Part shown: positions 20,258 to 28,285 of the stretch, one piece after another
How the letters are laid out: the number at the start of each line of letters is the position of its first letter
Numbering within the stretch: the first letter of the stretch is position 1
Source of the DNA: Kiritimatiellia bacterium
GTDB taxonomy: Bacteria > Verrucomicrobiota > Kiritimatiellia > RFP12 > JAVBOU01
DNA length: 54,240 nt
Reading direction: 5' to 3'
Assembly (NCBI GenBank): GCA_031550185.1
Contig: JAVBOU010000141.1
Coordinates: 1 to 54,240, forward strand
Program-made: the position numbers and the translations under genes
The notes under the pieces: generated by a model
The model's database searches: none
What the model was told of the DNA's origin: nothing
The model's input: only the letters and a program-made list of their open reading frames with translations

Positions 20258-23200
20258 CTAACGCAGGATGAAAAGGGTACGGTTAATCCAAGCACGAATT
20301 TTAAGAAGATTTGGTGCGACAATCAATTTGTGATTATAGCCTTCGGTTTGGTCGACGGTGATAACGTTGGGGTTGAGATCGCCGGTGGCGGAAGAGAAGA
20401 GCGTGGCGGTGCCCTTGAATCGGCCAAGGCTGACGTTGACGAGTGTGTTGGCGGAAAACGCGGCGGCGCCGGCGACGTTCCAAACGGTGTGATCAAAGGT
20501 GTCACCTGCGGCAAGGTCATAGGTGAGCGAAGAGGAACCGCGCAGATTGAGGACGTTCGCGGAGAGGCGCGAATTCGGGCGCGAGATGTGAATGCGGTTG
20601 TTGATGCAACTGTCCGCATAAGCAAATTCACCGCCCACGGTGAGTGTGCCGCCGTGAATGCCGAAGTGGTTGTTGGAGTAATTCCCAGGTTCTGCGGGAT
20701 TGTAGCCCTGCTGAACATGGAAATTTCCACCGAAACTGGCGATGGTGGAATAGCCGGGGTCTTCGTAAAGGAGGATGGTGTTGCCGCCTCCACTGTTCCC
20801 CTGGCCGACGGTGATGGAGCCGGTCACGCGGAGGGCGGCGTTGCTAACCGTGATATAGCCGACACTGCCGCCCCAGTCCGTGCCGATATTGACCGTGACA
20901 TTTCCAGTGATGTCGAGCTCGGAACCGTCGAAGACATGCAGACGACAGTTTGAACCGCGGTAACCGACCCTGAAGGTATCGGAAGCCTGAACAAAGCGCG
21001 CGTTGTTGAGCAGTTCCAAGGTGTGGCTGCCGGACCAGGGGCCGATGTTTGTGGCGATTTGGTTGGTGACGCAACCGCCGTCAACCGTCATCTTGTCCGA
21101 ACCTCCCCAGCCGCCGCCGTCGCCAATGTTAATGCCATTGGCGAGGAAGAGTCCGCGGACAATCAGCTCGTTGCCGATTTGGTTGCCGTTGCGGGTGAGG
21201 GTGGTGGTTGAGGTGGCGACGAGCTCCGCGCCGGCCGCGACAGTGAACCGGCAGTTGCTGCAACCGTTGCCGACGATGAGTTCGGCAACATGGAGGCGGC
21301 CCGAGGCAAGCGTGGCAGCGCACCCATAGACGTTCACCCCGACGGTGAAGATACCCGTGACATTGAGCGTGAATTGACCGAGGTCGAAGGTCACGCCGTT
21401 GCCGAGGACATTGACGTTAGCAATCGCGATGTCGCGGGACACAGTGACAAGCACGTCGCCCGCGGGGAATGCGGCCGTGCCGCCAGGCCCGGGCACGCCG
21501 TGACTCCAGTTGGCGGGGTTGTCCCAGTCGGTGTCGGAGCCGCCGCCCGCGGTCCACTCGGTGGCACCGGAGAGTACGACACGGTTGGTGGCCGACCACA
21601 CGTCCCACGAGGCGGACTGCCCGCCGTCCGAAACGCTGCTTTCGATTTGGAAGGCGTAGTAGTAGACGCCGCCGACCTGGAGGTTGCTTTGGGTAAAGTT
21701 GACCGTGCCGGGTGCGTCGAGCGTGTCACCACCCACGGACGCGAGGAGATCAGGATCCGTACCAAACCAGCAGGTGACCGTACCCTCGACAGGGCCGGGG
21801 TAGACCACTTCGGCGTCCATTTGCAGTTGGTTCGGCGTCGGGCTGGCGTTCGCGATGTTGCCGAAGATGGGAATGCCGCGCGTGGTGAAGTTCGTGCTGC
21901 TGGAGGCCCAGACGGAACCGGCGGCATTCACAGCCATGGCGCGATAGTGGTAGGTGGTGTCGTACCAAAGCCCGGTGAGCGGGACGAGGATGACGCCGGA
22001 ACTCTGCGCGGGCACTGAATTGGTGTTGCGCCATGCGGAGGTGTCGGCGTGGTCGGTGGTGTCCCAGAGGAGCAGGACGTCGGCGGAGACATCGGGGCCG
22101 CCGGTAAAGAGGAGGTCGGCGCGCGCGGTGGCGGCGCGTTCGGTGACAAGGTCGGCGGCAAGGGTTTCGACAACCGGCGTGTCGGCGTGCGTGGTGAATG
22201 CGACGGCGTCCGTCCATGCCGTTCCGAACGAACTCTCCATTTTAAAGCGGAAGTAATAGGTGGAATTGCCGGTGAGACCGGTGAGGTCAAAGTTGACCGT
22301 GCCGTCGGCGTGGACGGTTTGGCTGAGCTGATTCGCCCACTCGGCTTCGTTGCTGGCGCGGGGTTGCGTGTCCCAAAACGCGGAGACGATGGCGGACGAC
22401 CCTTCCAGCAGGACGCTGGCGTTGAGCGTGGCGTAGGTGTTGCCGACTTGCGCGGCGGGCTCAAAGATGCCCGCGAGGATTTCGTTACTGAGGCCGTAGA
22501 TGTGGTAGGAGTTGTCGCTGGGCGCGGTTTGGACATACTCCACGATGAGCGTGTCCGCCGCGGGCGCGTAACGGAAGGAGAGGATGTGATCGTTCTTCTC
22601 CGCGTCGGGGTTGTGCGCAATGGACCAGCCGGGGTCGCTGGCGCCGAGGGGCTTGAAGGTGAAAGTTTGCCCGCGGTCGTTGGGAGTGTCCCATGGCCGG
22701 TCGTAAAAACGAAACTCGTAGAGGAAGCCGGGTTTCAATCCACCGAAGGTCAACGCGCGCGGCGTCGTGCCAGTGTTGGCCGCGCTGTGCCTGAAATCGG
22801 TGAGCAGCGCGCGCATTCCAGAGCCTTGCGGCGCGGAGATTTGCCCCTCGTTGCCGCCGTTGTGCAGGTTGCCCGGAAGGTTGGCCCATGAGTACCCGTT
22901 CACGCTGCCCGCGACGTCCGCCGTGCTGTGGAAGCGCACGCCATTGACAACGGGATAATTCAGCGTGCCGCCGACATCGAGCAGATGCGTGTAACGTTTG
23001 GTCGTTGAAATTTCACTCTCCGCGTCGCCTTGAAACACCGTAACACGCGGCGCCTCGTGAATGTAGGCGACCAGCGCCGTGTTCGTCGCACTCCATACCG
23101 TCCACGACGTGGTCTCATCAGCCGCGCAAAACACCTCAAACGCATAATGATACAACACACCGGGTTGCAACCCGTCCTCCGTGTGCGTGAGCACCGGCGT

Positions 23201-24565
23201 CCCCTGCTCGCCCTGCCACGTCGCGACGGACGCCATATTCTCCGGCGACGTTCCAAACCAGCACGTCACATCCATCGGCCCTGCGCCTTGCGTCGAGATG
23301 GCCACCGACAATTCGAGCGTTCCGGCCGCGGACTTCCGCGCGCCGACAGCGCCCAGCACCGGCGCGCCGAGCGTGGTGAAGCTCCCGGTCTCCGCCTGCC
23401 GCGTCTCCGCTCCGTCCGCATTTTCCGCCACGAAACGGAAGTAGTAAGTTGCGCCGAAATCCAGCCCGCTCAACGACATCGTGAACGGCCCTGGGGCCAC
23501 GTCGGTCAACACCACCGGCGCTCCGTCCAACGCCTCCGGATCCGTGCCCCAAAGCAACGTCATGTCCACCGTCTCCATGCCGCCGCCGCAGAACAGCAGC
23601 GTGCCGTTGAATGTCGCGGTTGTCCCTGTCGGCGCCGCGGCGTCAATCTCAAACGCCGGCACATTCGCCGTTGTCGCAAACACACCCGCATCGCTCCACG
23701 CCGTCGAGACGCCGTTCGTCATCAAAAAGCGGAAGCGGTAAGCCGTCTCCGGCACGAGTCCGCCAATGTCCAGGTGAAATGCGCCGTCCGTGGTGAGTAC
23801 GACCCCGGCCTCTTCCGCGGTGTCCCAATCCGTCGCGCTCGACGGCTGCCAATACGCCGTCACCGTTGACGCCGCACCGCCGATGATGGCCGCGCCGTTC
23901 AGCCTCGCTGTGATCGCGGTCTGTTGCGTTGCCTCCGCCGCCTCAACCTCGTACACCACCTCGTTCACCAATCCGGAGATATGATAAGTGTCGCCAGGCT
24001 TCTTCGAATAGCAATGGACTTGCAGCGATGTCGCGCCTGCGGTGTAACGGTACACCACCATCTCGGCCCGCTCGTGCGCGTCAGGATCAAAATCAATCTC
24101 ATCCGCAATCCCCGGCCCCGGGATGAACGTGAGCGTCTGCGGCCGTCCGCCGCCAAAAAACCGGTGATAAAACCGCGCCTCATACACGATCCCCGGCGTC
24201 AAGTTGTCGAGGTAGATGGAGTTGTTCGAAATGCCATAACAAAAATCCCCCAACACATTGGCAATCCCCGAACCCAGCGGCGCGAATGTCTTATCCGTCT
24301 GGAAGGGGAACGGGTTTGGCGGAACTCCACGCCAGCCATACCCGTTGTGGCTGCCATTATTGCCATTGTTCACGCTCTTGAACTGCACACCGTTCACAAA
24401 CGGGTCGCCGCCCTGGTCACCCAAATCCAACGCGTGCGTGTAGACGCGGTTCGTTGTAATCCGCGACTCATCATCACCGTAAAACGGTATGACTTGAGGA
24501 TTGGCAACCGCGCGCGTGATGCAGAATACAAGCGCAACGGTTGCGAGGATGGATTTGCTGTTCAT
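20258..24565 (-). CDS. Large secreted adhesin-like protein A2, paralog of 15785-20182; tail RTLFILR
   Basis: 1435 aa; near-identical signal peptide (MNSKSILA...AVANPQ); two copies of the FxGDxE..YTHxLDxG domain; FN3-like repeats; beta-helix. Confidence 0.75.
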   Translation of the reverse strand: MNSKSILATVALVFCITRAVANPQVIPFYGDDESRITTNRVYTHALDLGDQGGDPFVNGVQFKSVNNGNNGSHNGYGWRGVPPNPFPFQTDKTFAPLGSGIANVLGDFCYGISNNSIYLDNLTPGIVYEARFYHRFFGGGRPQTLTFIPGPGIADEIDFDPDAHERAEMVVYRYTAGATSLQVHCYSKKPGDTYHISGLVNEVVYEVEAAEATQQTAITARLNGAAIIGGAASTVTAYWQPSSATDWDTAEEAGVVLTTDGAFHLDIGGLVPETAYRFRFLMTNGVSTAWSDAGVFATTANVPAFEIDAAAPTGTTATFNGTLLFCGGGMETVDMTLLWGTDPEALDGAPVVLTDVAPGPFTMSLSGLDFGATYYFRFVAENADGAETRQAETGSFTTLGAPVLGAVGARKSAAGTLELSVAISTQGAGPMDVTCWFGTSPENMASVATWQGEQGTPVLTHTEDGLQPGVLYHYAFEVFCAADETTSWTVWSATNTALVAYIHEAPRVTVFQGDAESEISTTKRYTHLLDVGGTLNYPVVNGVRFHSTADVAGSVNGYSWANLPGNLHNGGNEGQISAPQGSGMRALLTDFRHSAANTGTTPRALTFGGLKPGFLYEFRFYDRPWDTPNDRGQTFTFKPLGASDPGWSIAHNPDAEKNDHILSFRYAPAADTLIVEYVQTAPSDNSYHIYGLSNEILAGIFEPAAQVGNTYATLNASVLLEGSSAIVSAFWDTQPRASNEAEWANQLSQTVHADGTVNFDLTGLTGNSTYYFRFKMESSFGTAWTDAVAFTTHADTPVVETLAADLVTERAATARADLLFTGGPDVSADVLLLWDTTDHADTSAWRNTNSVPAQSSGVILVPLTGLWYDTTYHYRAMAVNAAGSVWASSSTNFTTRGIPIFGNIANASPTPNQLQMDAEVVYPGPVEGTVTCWFGTDPDLLASVGGDTLDAPGTVNFTQSNLQVGGVYYYAFQIESSVSDGGQSASWDVWSATNRVVLSGATEWTAGGGSDTDWDNPANWSHGVPGPGGTAAFPAGDVLVTVSRDIAIANVNVLGNGVTFDLGQFTLNVTGIFTVGVNVYGCAATLASGRLHVAELIVGNGCSNCRFTVAAGAELVATSTTTLTRNGNQIGNELIVRGLFLANGINIGDGGGWGGSDKMTVDGGCVTNQIATNIGPWSGSHTLELLNNARFVQASDTFRVGYRGSNCRLHVFDGSELDITGNVTVNIGTDWGGSVGYITVSNAALRVTGSITVGQGNSGGGNTILLYEDPGYSTIASFGGNFHVQQGYNPAEPGNYSNNHFGIHGGTLTVGGEFAYADSCINNRIHISRPNSRLSANVLNLRGSSSLTYDLAAGDTFDHTVWNVAGAAAFSANTLVNVSLGRFKGTATLFSSATGDLNPNVITVDQTEGYNHKLIVAPNLLKIRAWINRTLFILR
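21420..21796. repeat. 377-bp direct repeat copy 2
   Basis: Matches 17049-17425 at a constant offset of 4371. Confidence 0.9.
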
Positions 24566-24616
24566 GGTGTTGTTTCCTTAACAGGCGCGCAACCTTTGCG
24601 CGTCGCGGGGTGTTGA
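24566..24616 (-). repeat. Duplicated 5' leader, copy 2
   Basis: Matches 20183-20233. Confidence 0.9.
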
Positions 24617-24628
24617 CAAAAGCGTGGC

Positions 24629-24654
24629 CGTGGCAGGACACGACCTCTGCCACG
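24629..24654. repeat. REP-like palindrome, GTGGCAGAG family
   Basis: CGTGGCAG-GACACGACCT-CTGCCACG. Confidence 0.8.
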
Positions 24655-24697
24655 CCGGCGGGCATGGCGTGAGATGTGACATGGTGTGTGGCGGGTG

Positions 24698-27616
24698 TCA
24701 TTTGAGGAAAAAGAGCGTGCCGTCAAGTCCGATGTGGATGAGGGCGATGTCATTGGGTGCGCCGTCCTCATCCGCGGCGTGCGTATAGGTGAGCGTGGCC
24801 ATGGCACGGTCGCCAATGCGGACACGGCGGCCTTCGGGAAGATCCTTGAAGGTTCCGGAAATGGGGTTTTCGCCCGTGTTATGCAACAGCACGATGACGT
24901 CGCCGTGGCGGACGCGGGTGTTAGAAAACGCGCTGATGTTGAGCGCGGGGTTGTCGAGGACAACGGTGAAGGCTGGATTGAAGACAGGGGCATTGTTGAT
25001 GGTGGAATTGTAAACGGCGCGGATCATGGCGTTACTTTGGGCGTTGACAATGCGAAGGTCGAGCGTGGCAGTGGCGGCGAGTTTGCACAGGGGCGCATCG
25101 ACGGTGAGCGTGCCGGGAATGAGGTCATTGCCGGGGGTGACGCTGCCGGCGAGTGTGACGCCGTTGTCGTGGTTACCGGAATAGAGCACACCGAAACCAT
25201 TGAGGGTATTATACAACGTCATGGCATGGTTGTTCCAGCCCCAACTAAAGCTGAGGCGCGTGGCGGGAAAAAGAAGATGCACGGCGCCGTCGCCAAGCGC
25301 CGTGTCGTGATGATACGAAATGTAACCGCCGCCGAAAATCCAGTCGCAATGAAGATCCGTCGAAGGATCACGGAAGGCGAAGGAGCCGCGCGTGGAAATC
25401 GTGACGCCAGACGGGGCGGATACCGGGCCGATGTCGGCGCCGTTGGTAACATCGACCTCGCCGTCGGCGTTGGTGAAGAGCGAATCGCCGGTGACGCGGA
25501 TTGGCGCGCGAAGCGGACGTGGATCCCAGCTCCAGCGAAGCGTCGAACCTTGGAGTTCGATCGGGGTTTCGCTGACACTGTTGTCATCGTTGGGACGCAT
25601 GAAAAGCGTGGCGCCAGGCTCGACAATGACACGCGGGCGGTTGCGCGCGACGCCGAGGTCGAAAAACATGTTGGCGGTGGAGCCGGCGCTGATAATGGCG
25701 ACATCACCGGAAGACGCGGGGAGACGCGGCGACCAAAAGTCCGGCGAGCTCCATTTATAAACGCCGTCATCCTGGTGCCAGCCGACATTGCTCCAGCGCT
25801 GCGTTTCGATCACGCGGCTGGTGAAGGCAAGGACGTCGCCCCAGGCGGAATGCCAGTCCGTGCCGTCATGGTTGATGGCAAGGGTGGTGTAATGGTATTC
25901 ACGCTCTGGTACGAGGTCGTAAATGGTGGTGAAAAATCCGGAGGACTGGCCGCCCATGGGGATGACGTGTTGCCAGGTGTTGGTATCGGTGCTCCCGGGG
26001 ATTTCGCCATAACAGAAAAACGTGGAGGGCACGGGCGTCCCCGCAAGGATTTGCGCGTTGAGGATCGTCGAGTGGGAGAGTATTTCCGTGGCGCCGGTGT
26101 TGGAGATTTGCGGGGCGACATGGGCCGCGGAGGTGGTGAAGCCAGTGAGCGCGACGGAGTTGGCGTTCGGACCGGCCATGTAAGTGACGCGCGCGGTGCG
26201 GCCGAAACCGAGGTCGAGTTCAGCGCCTTCGGGAAGCGGATTGCCCTCGGCGTCATTAAAAATTCCGACGACCGGATGACCCGGCGCGTTGTTGAAGATG
26301 AGAATGACGACATCGGTGGGACCGGCGTCGTAATCGCAGGTGACGTTAAGGACTGAATCGGCAATGGTGAGAGCGGGATTGGAGTCGATGCTCATGACAT
26401 TGATCTTGTCGCTGTTGAGCGCGTCGAGGAGACGAAGGTTGACCGTGGCGTTCGCAAGAGAAAGGCGGCCGTAAACATCGAGCGCGCCGGCGAGCCCGTT
26501 TTCGCGCGCGGGCGTGATGACGCCGCCATCAAGCGTGAGGAGCCGGGCAAAGGGAAAAGGCGCGACGAACCAGCGGGCGTCCTCGCCGACGGAAATGTCC
26601 CAAGGACCGGTGAAGTCGTTGACAAGCGTCCAGTCGCTCCGCGTGTTGAGCATGAGGCTCGCGCCGTTCGGCGTGATGAACGCGCCGGCGTGAAGGTGGC
26701 CGCTGTCGGATTGAATGCGGCGCGGCTCACTGTCCCGGACAAGGCCGACCAAATCGCCGAACCAATTTGTAAAATCGCCGCTAAAGCGAATGGTGCCATT
26801 GCCCAGGTCGCCACCGCCATCGAGCGCGGCGCCCAGCGTAATGTTGTGCGAACCGGTGATCACAGACTCAATGCGAAGCGGGTCGTTGCACCAGGCAATG
26901 GTGTCCATGTACGAATCGGCGGTCAGGGTAATCGGCCCGCTGTAAGTCACCCTTTCACCAGTGTTGCGCAACGTGCCGCCTGCGAGAATCAGCGGCGAGT
27001 TTTGCGGCGCCGCGATCGAATAAAATCCGCCCGGTCCAACCCGGACGGTGGCGGCGGGAAAGGCGTTTTGCTTGTCAACATACACGCGACCGAGGACGTT
27101 CAAAATGCCTGTGAAATTCGGAGACGGCACCATCATGCGCAATGTGGTCGGCCAGGAGTTCGCGCTGCTTCTGCCGCTGATGGTGAGGGTTTTGTCGCCG
27201 GAGATCGGACTTTGCAAATTGCACACTTCGTGAGTGTCAAACAGAATGGTGCTGTCCGCGCTGACAAGAAATGTGCTGTCGATAAAAATGTAACCCTTGC
27301 GAATGTCAAAGGTACCGCCATTGAGGACAATGGGGCTGTAAAGATTGTTAACGCCCGTGGCGGGCCAGACGAGCGTGGCGCCGCTTTCAATGACAATCGT
27401 CGGCGCGTCGGAATCCGAGCCGAGAATGTTGTTGAAAATCGCGGTGCTGCCGACTGGGAGGATGGCGCGATCCGCCGCGGTCCACGCGAGAGGCTCGGGG
27501 GACCAATTCGCGGGATCGGTCCAGTTGGCGTTGTCGCCGACAAACGTGTGATCAATGGCCAACGCGGATGCCGCAACGCAAAGCGTCGTGCCAAAAGAAA
27601 TGATCTGTTTTTTCAT
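24698..27616 (-). CDS. Secreted passenger-like protein B1 (two beta-helix+cap modules around an FN3-like domain); tail GTLFFLK
   Basis: 972 aa; AAGGAG RBS; signal peptide; NWTDPANWS; cap motif GxFxxLPEG..TY twice; no beta-barrel. Confidence 0.75.
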   Translation of the reverse strand: MKKQIISFGTTLCVAASALAIDHTFVGDNANWTDPANWSPEPLAWTAADRAILPVGSTAIFNNILGSDSDAPTIVIESGATLVWPATGVNNLYSPIVLNGGTFDIRKGYIFIDSTFLVSADSTILFDTHEVCNLQSPISGDKTLTISGRSSANSWPTTLRMMVPSPNFTGILNVLGRVYVDKQNAFPAATVRVGPGGFYSIAAPQNSPLILAGGTLRNTGERVTYSGPITLTADSYMDTIAWCNDPLRIESVITGSHNITLGAALDGGGDLGNGTIRFSGDFTNWFGDLVGLVRDSEPRRIQSDSGHLHAGAFITPNGASLMLNTRSDWTLVNDFTGPWDISVGEDARWFVAPFPFARLLTLDGGVITPARENGLAGALDVYGRLSLANATVNLRLLDALNSDKINVMSIDSNPALTIADSVLNVTCDYDAGPTDVVILIFNNAPGHPVVGIFNDAEGNPLPEGAELDLGFGRTARVTYMAGPNANSVALTGFTTSAAHVAPQISNTGATEILSHSTILNAQILAGTPVPSTFFCYGEIPGSTDTNTWQHVIPMGGQSSGFFTTIYDLVPEREYHYTTLAINHDGTDWHSAWGDVLAFTSRVIETQRWSNVGWHQDDGVYKWSSPDFWSPRLPASSGDVAIISAGSTANMFFDLGVARNRPRVIVEPGATLFMRPNDDNSVSETPIELQGSTLRWSWDPRPLRAPIRVTGDSLFTNADGEVDVTNGADIGPVSAPSGVTISTRGSFAFRDPSTDLHCDWIFGGGYISYHHDTALGDGAVHLLFPATRLSFSWGWNNHAMTLYNTLNGFGVLYSGNHDNGVTLAGSVTPGNDLIPGTLTVDAPLCKLAATATLDLRIVNAQSNAMIRAVYNSTINNAPVFNPAFTVVLDNPALNISAFSNTRVRHGDVIVLLHNTGENPISGTFKDLPEGRRVRIGDRAMATLTYTHAADEDGAPNDIALIHIGLDGTLFFLK

Positions 27617-27634
27617 TCTTCACTCCTTGTGTTG

Positions 27635-28219
27635 TCACCAGTCGATTTTTTGTTCACGGTTGATGAAGTCGATATCGTCGATGTACAGGCTGAAGGCGCG
27701 CGGATATTGCGCCCAGGAGCCGAAGATGATTTCCCAGACCGCCTTGGGATCAAAGGGCGTTTCGTCATTTTTGGGTTTGAAATCGGCAACGGGAATGACG
27801 ATCTCGTGCCACGCGGCGTCGCGCAAATTGGCGGCCTTGACGTAGTTCGCCAGCGGCACGGGTTCGGCGGGATTTTTCGTGATGGACGACACGAGCGTGA
27901 CGGTCAGGTTCTCAATCGCATCGCCGCTTTGACGGATCCAAAAGGTGAGATGCGAAAACGCGGTGAGATCCGTGCCGCCGTTTTCGGGCCACCAGTTCAT
28001 CCAGTTCCATCCGCCGCCAATCCACTCCGCGCCCTCGCCGTGCAGCTCCAGCGCCGTGGTTCCGTTGTGCGCAAAGTCGGTCTGCGGCTTGAAAAAATTG
28101 ATTTCATTTTTCGGGCCGGCCCAACCTCCGCCCGTGGCAACGTCCTCGCCGTTCCACACGGTGACAGCCGAAAGCGAGAGGGCGCAAAGCGCGGAGAAAG
28201 CAAGGAGTGTTTTTTTCAT
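27635..28219 (-). CDS. Secreted stand-alone carbohydrate-binding-module-like protein (CBM11/CBM30-like jelly-roll)
   Basis: Start reassigned to ATG 28219 (MKKTLLAF signal peptide); WIGGGWNW..WWP, WHEIVIP and YIDDIDF match the internal domain of the GH44 protein. Confidence 0.8.
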   Translation of the reverse strand: MKKTLLAFSALCALSLSAVTVWNGEDVATGGGWAGPKNEINFFKPQTDFAHNGTTALELHGEGAEWIGGGWNWMNWWPENGGTDLTAFSHLTFWIRQSGDAIENLTVTLVSSITKNPAEPVPLANYVKAANLRDAAWHEIVIPVADFKPKNDETPFDPKAVWEIIFGSWAQYPRAFSLYIDDIDFINREQKIDW

Positions 28220-28248
28220 GCGGAAAAAGGGTGAACGTGAATTCGCTG

Positions 28249-28274
28249 CGTGGCAGAGGTCATGCTCTGCCACG
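28249..28274. repeat. REP-like palindrome, GTGGCAGAG family
   Basis: CGTGGCAGAG-GTCATG-CTCTGCCACG. Confidence 0.9.
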
Positions 28275-28285
28275 AGCCGGTTTTG

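Noticed and set aside
17049-21796. Duplicated block as a DGR template/variable repeat pair
   Set aside because: Mismatches are not confined to adenines, both copies are coding, and there is no reverse transcriptase in the window
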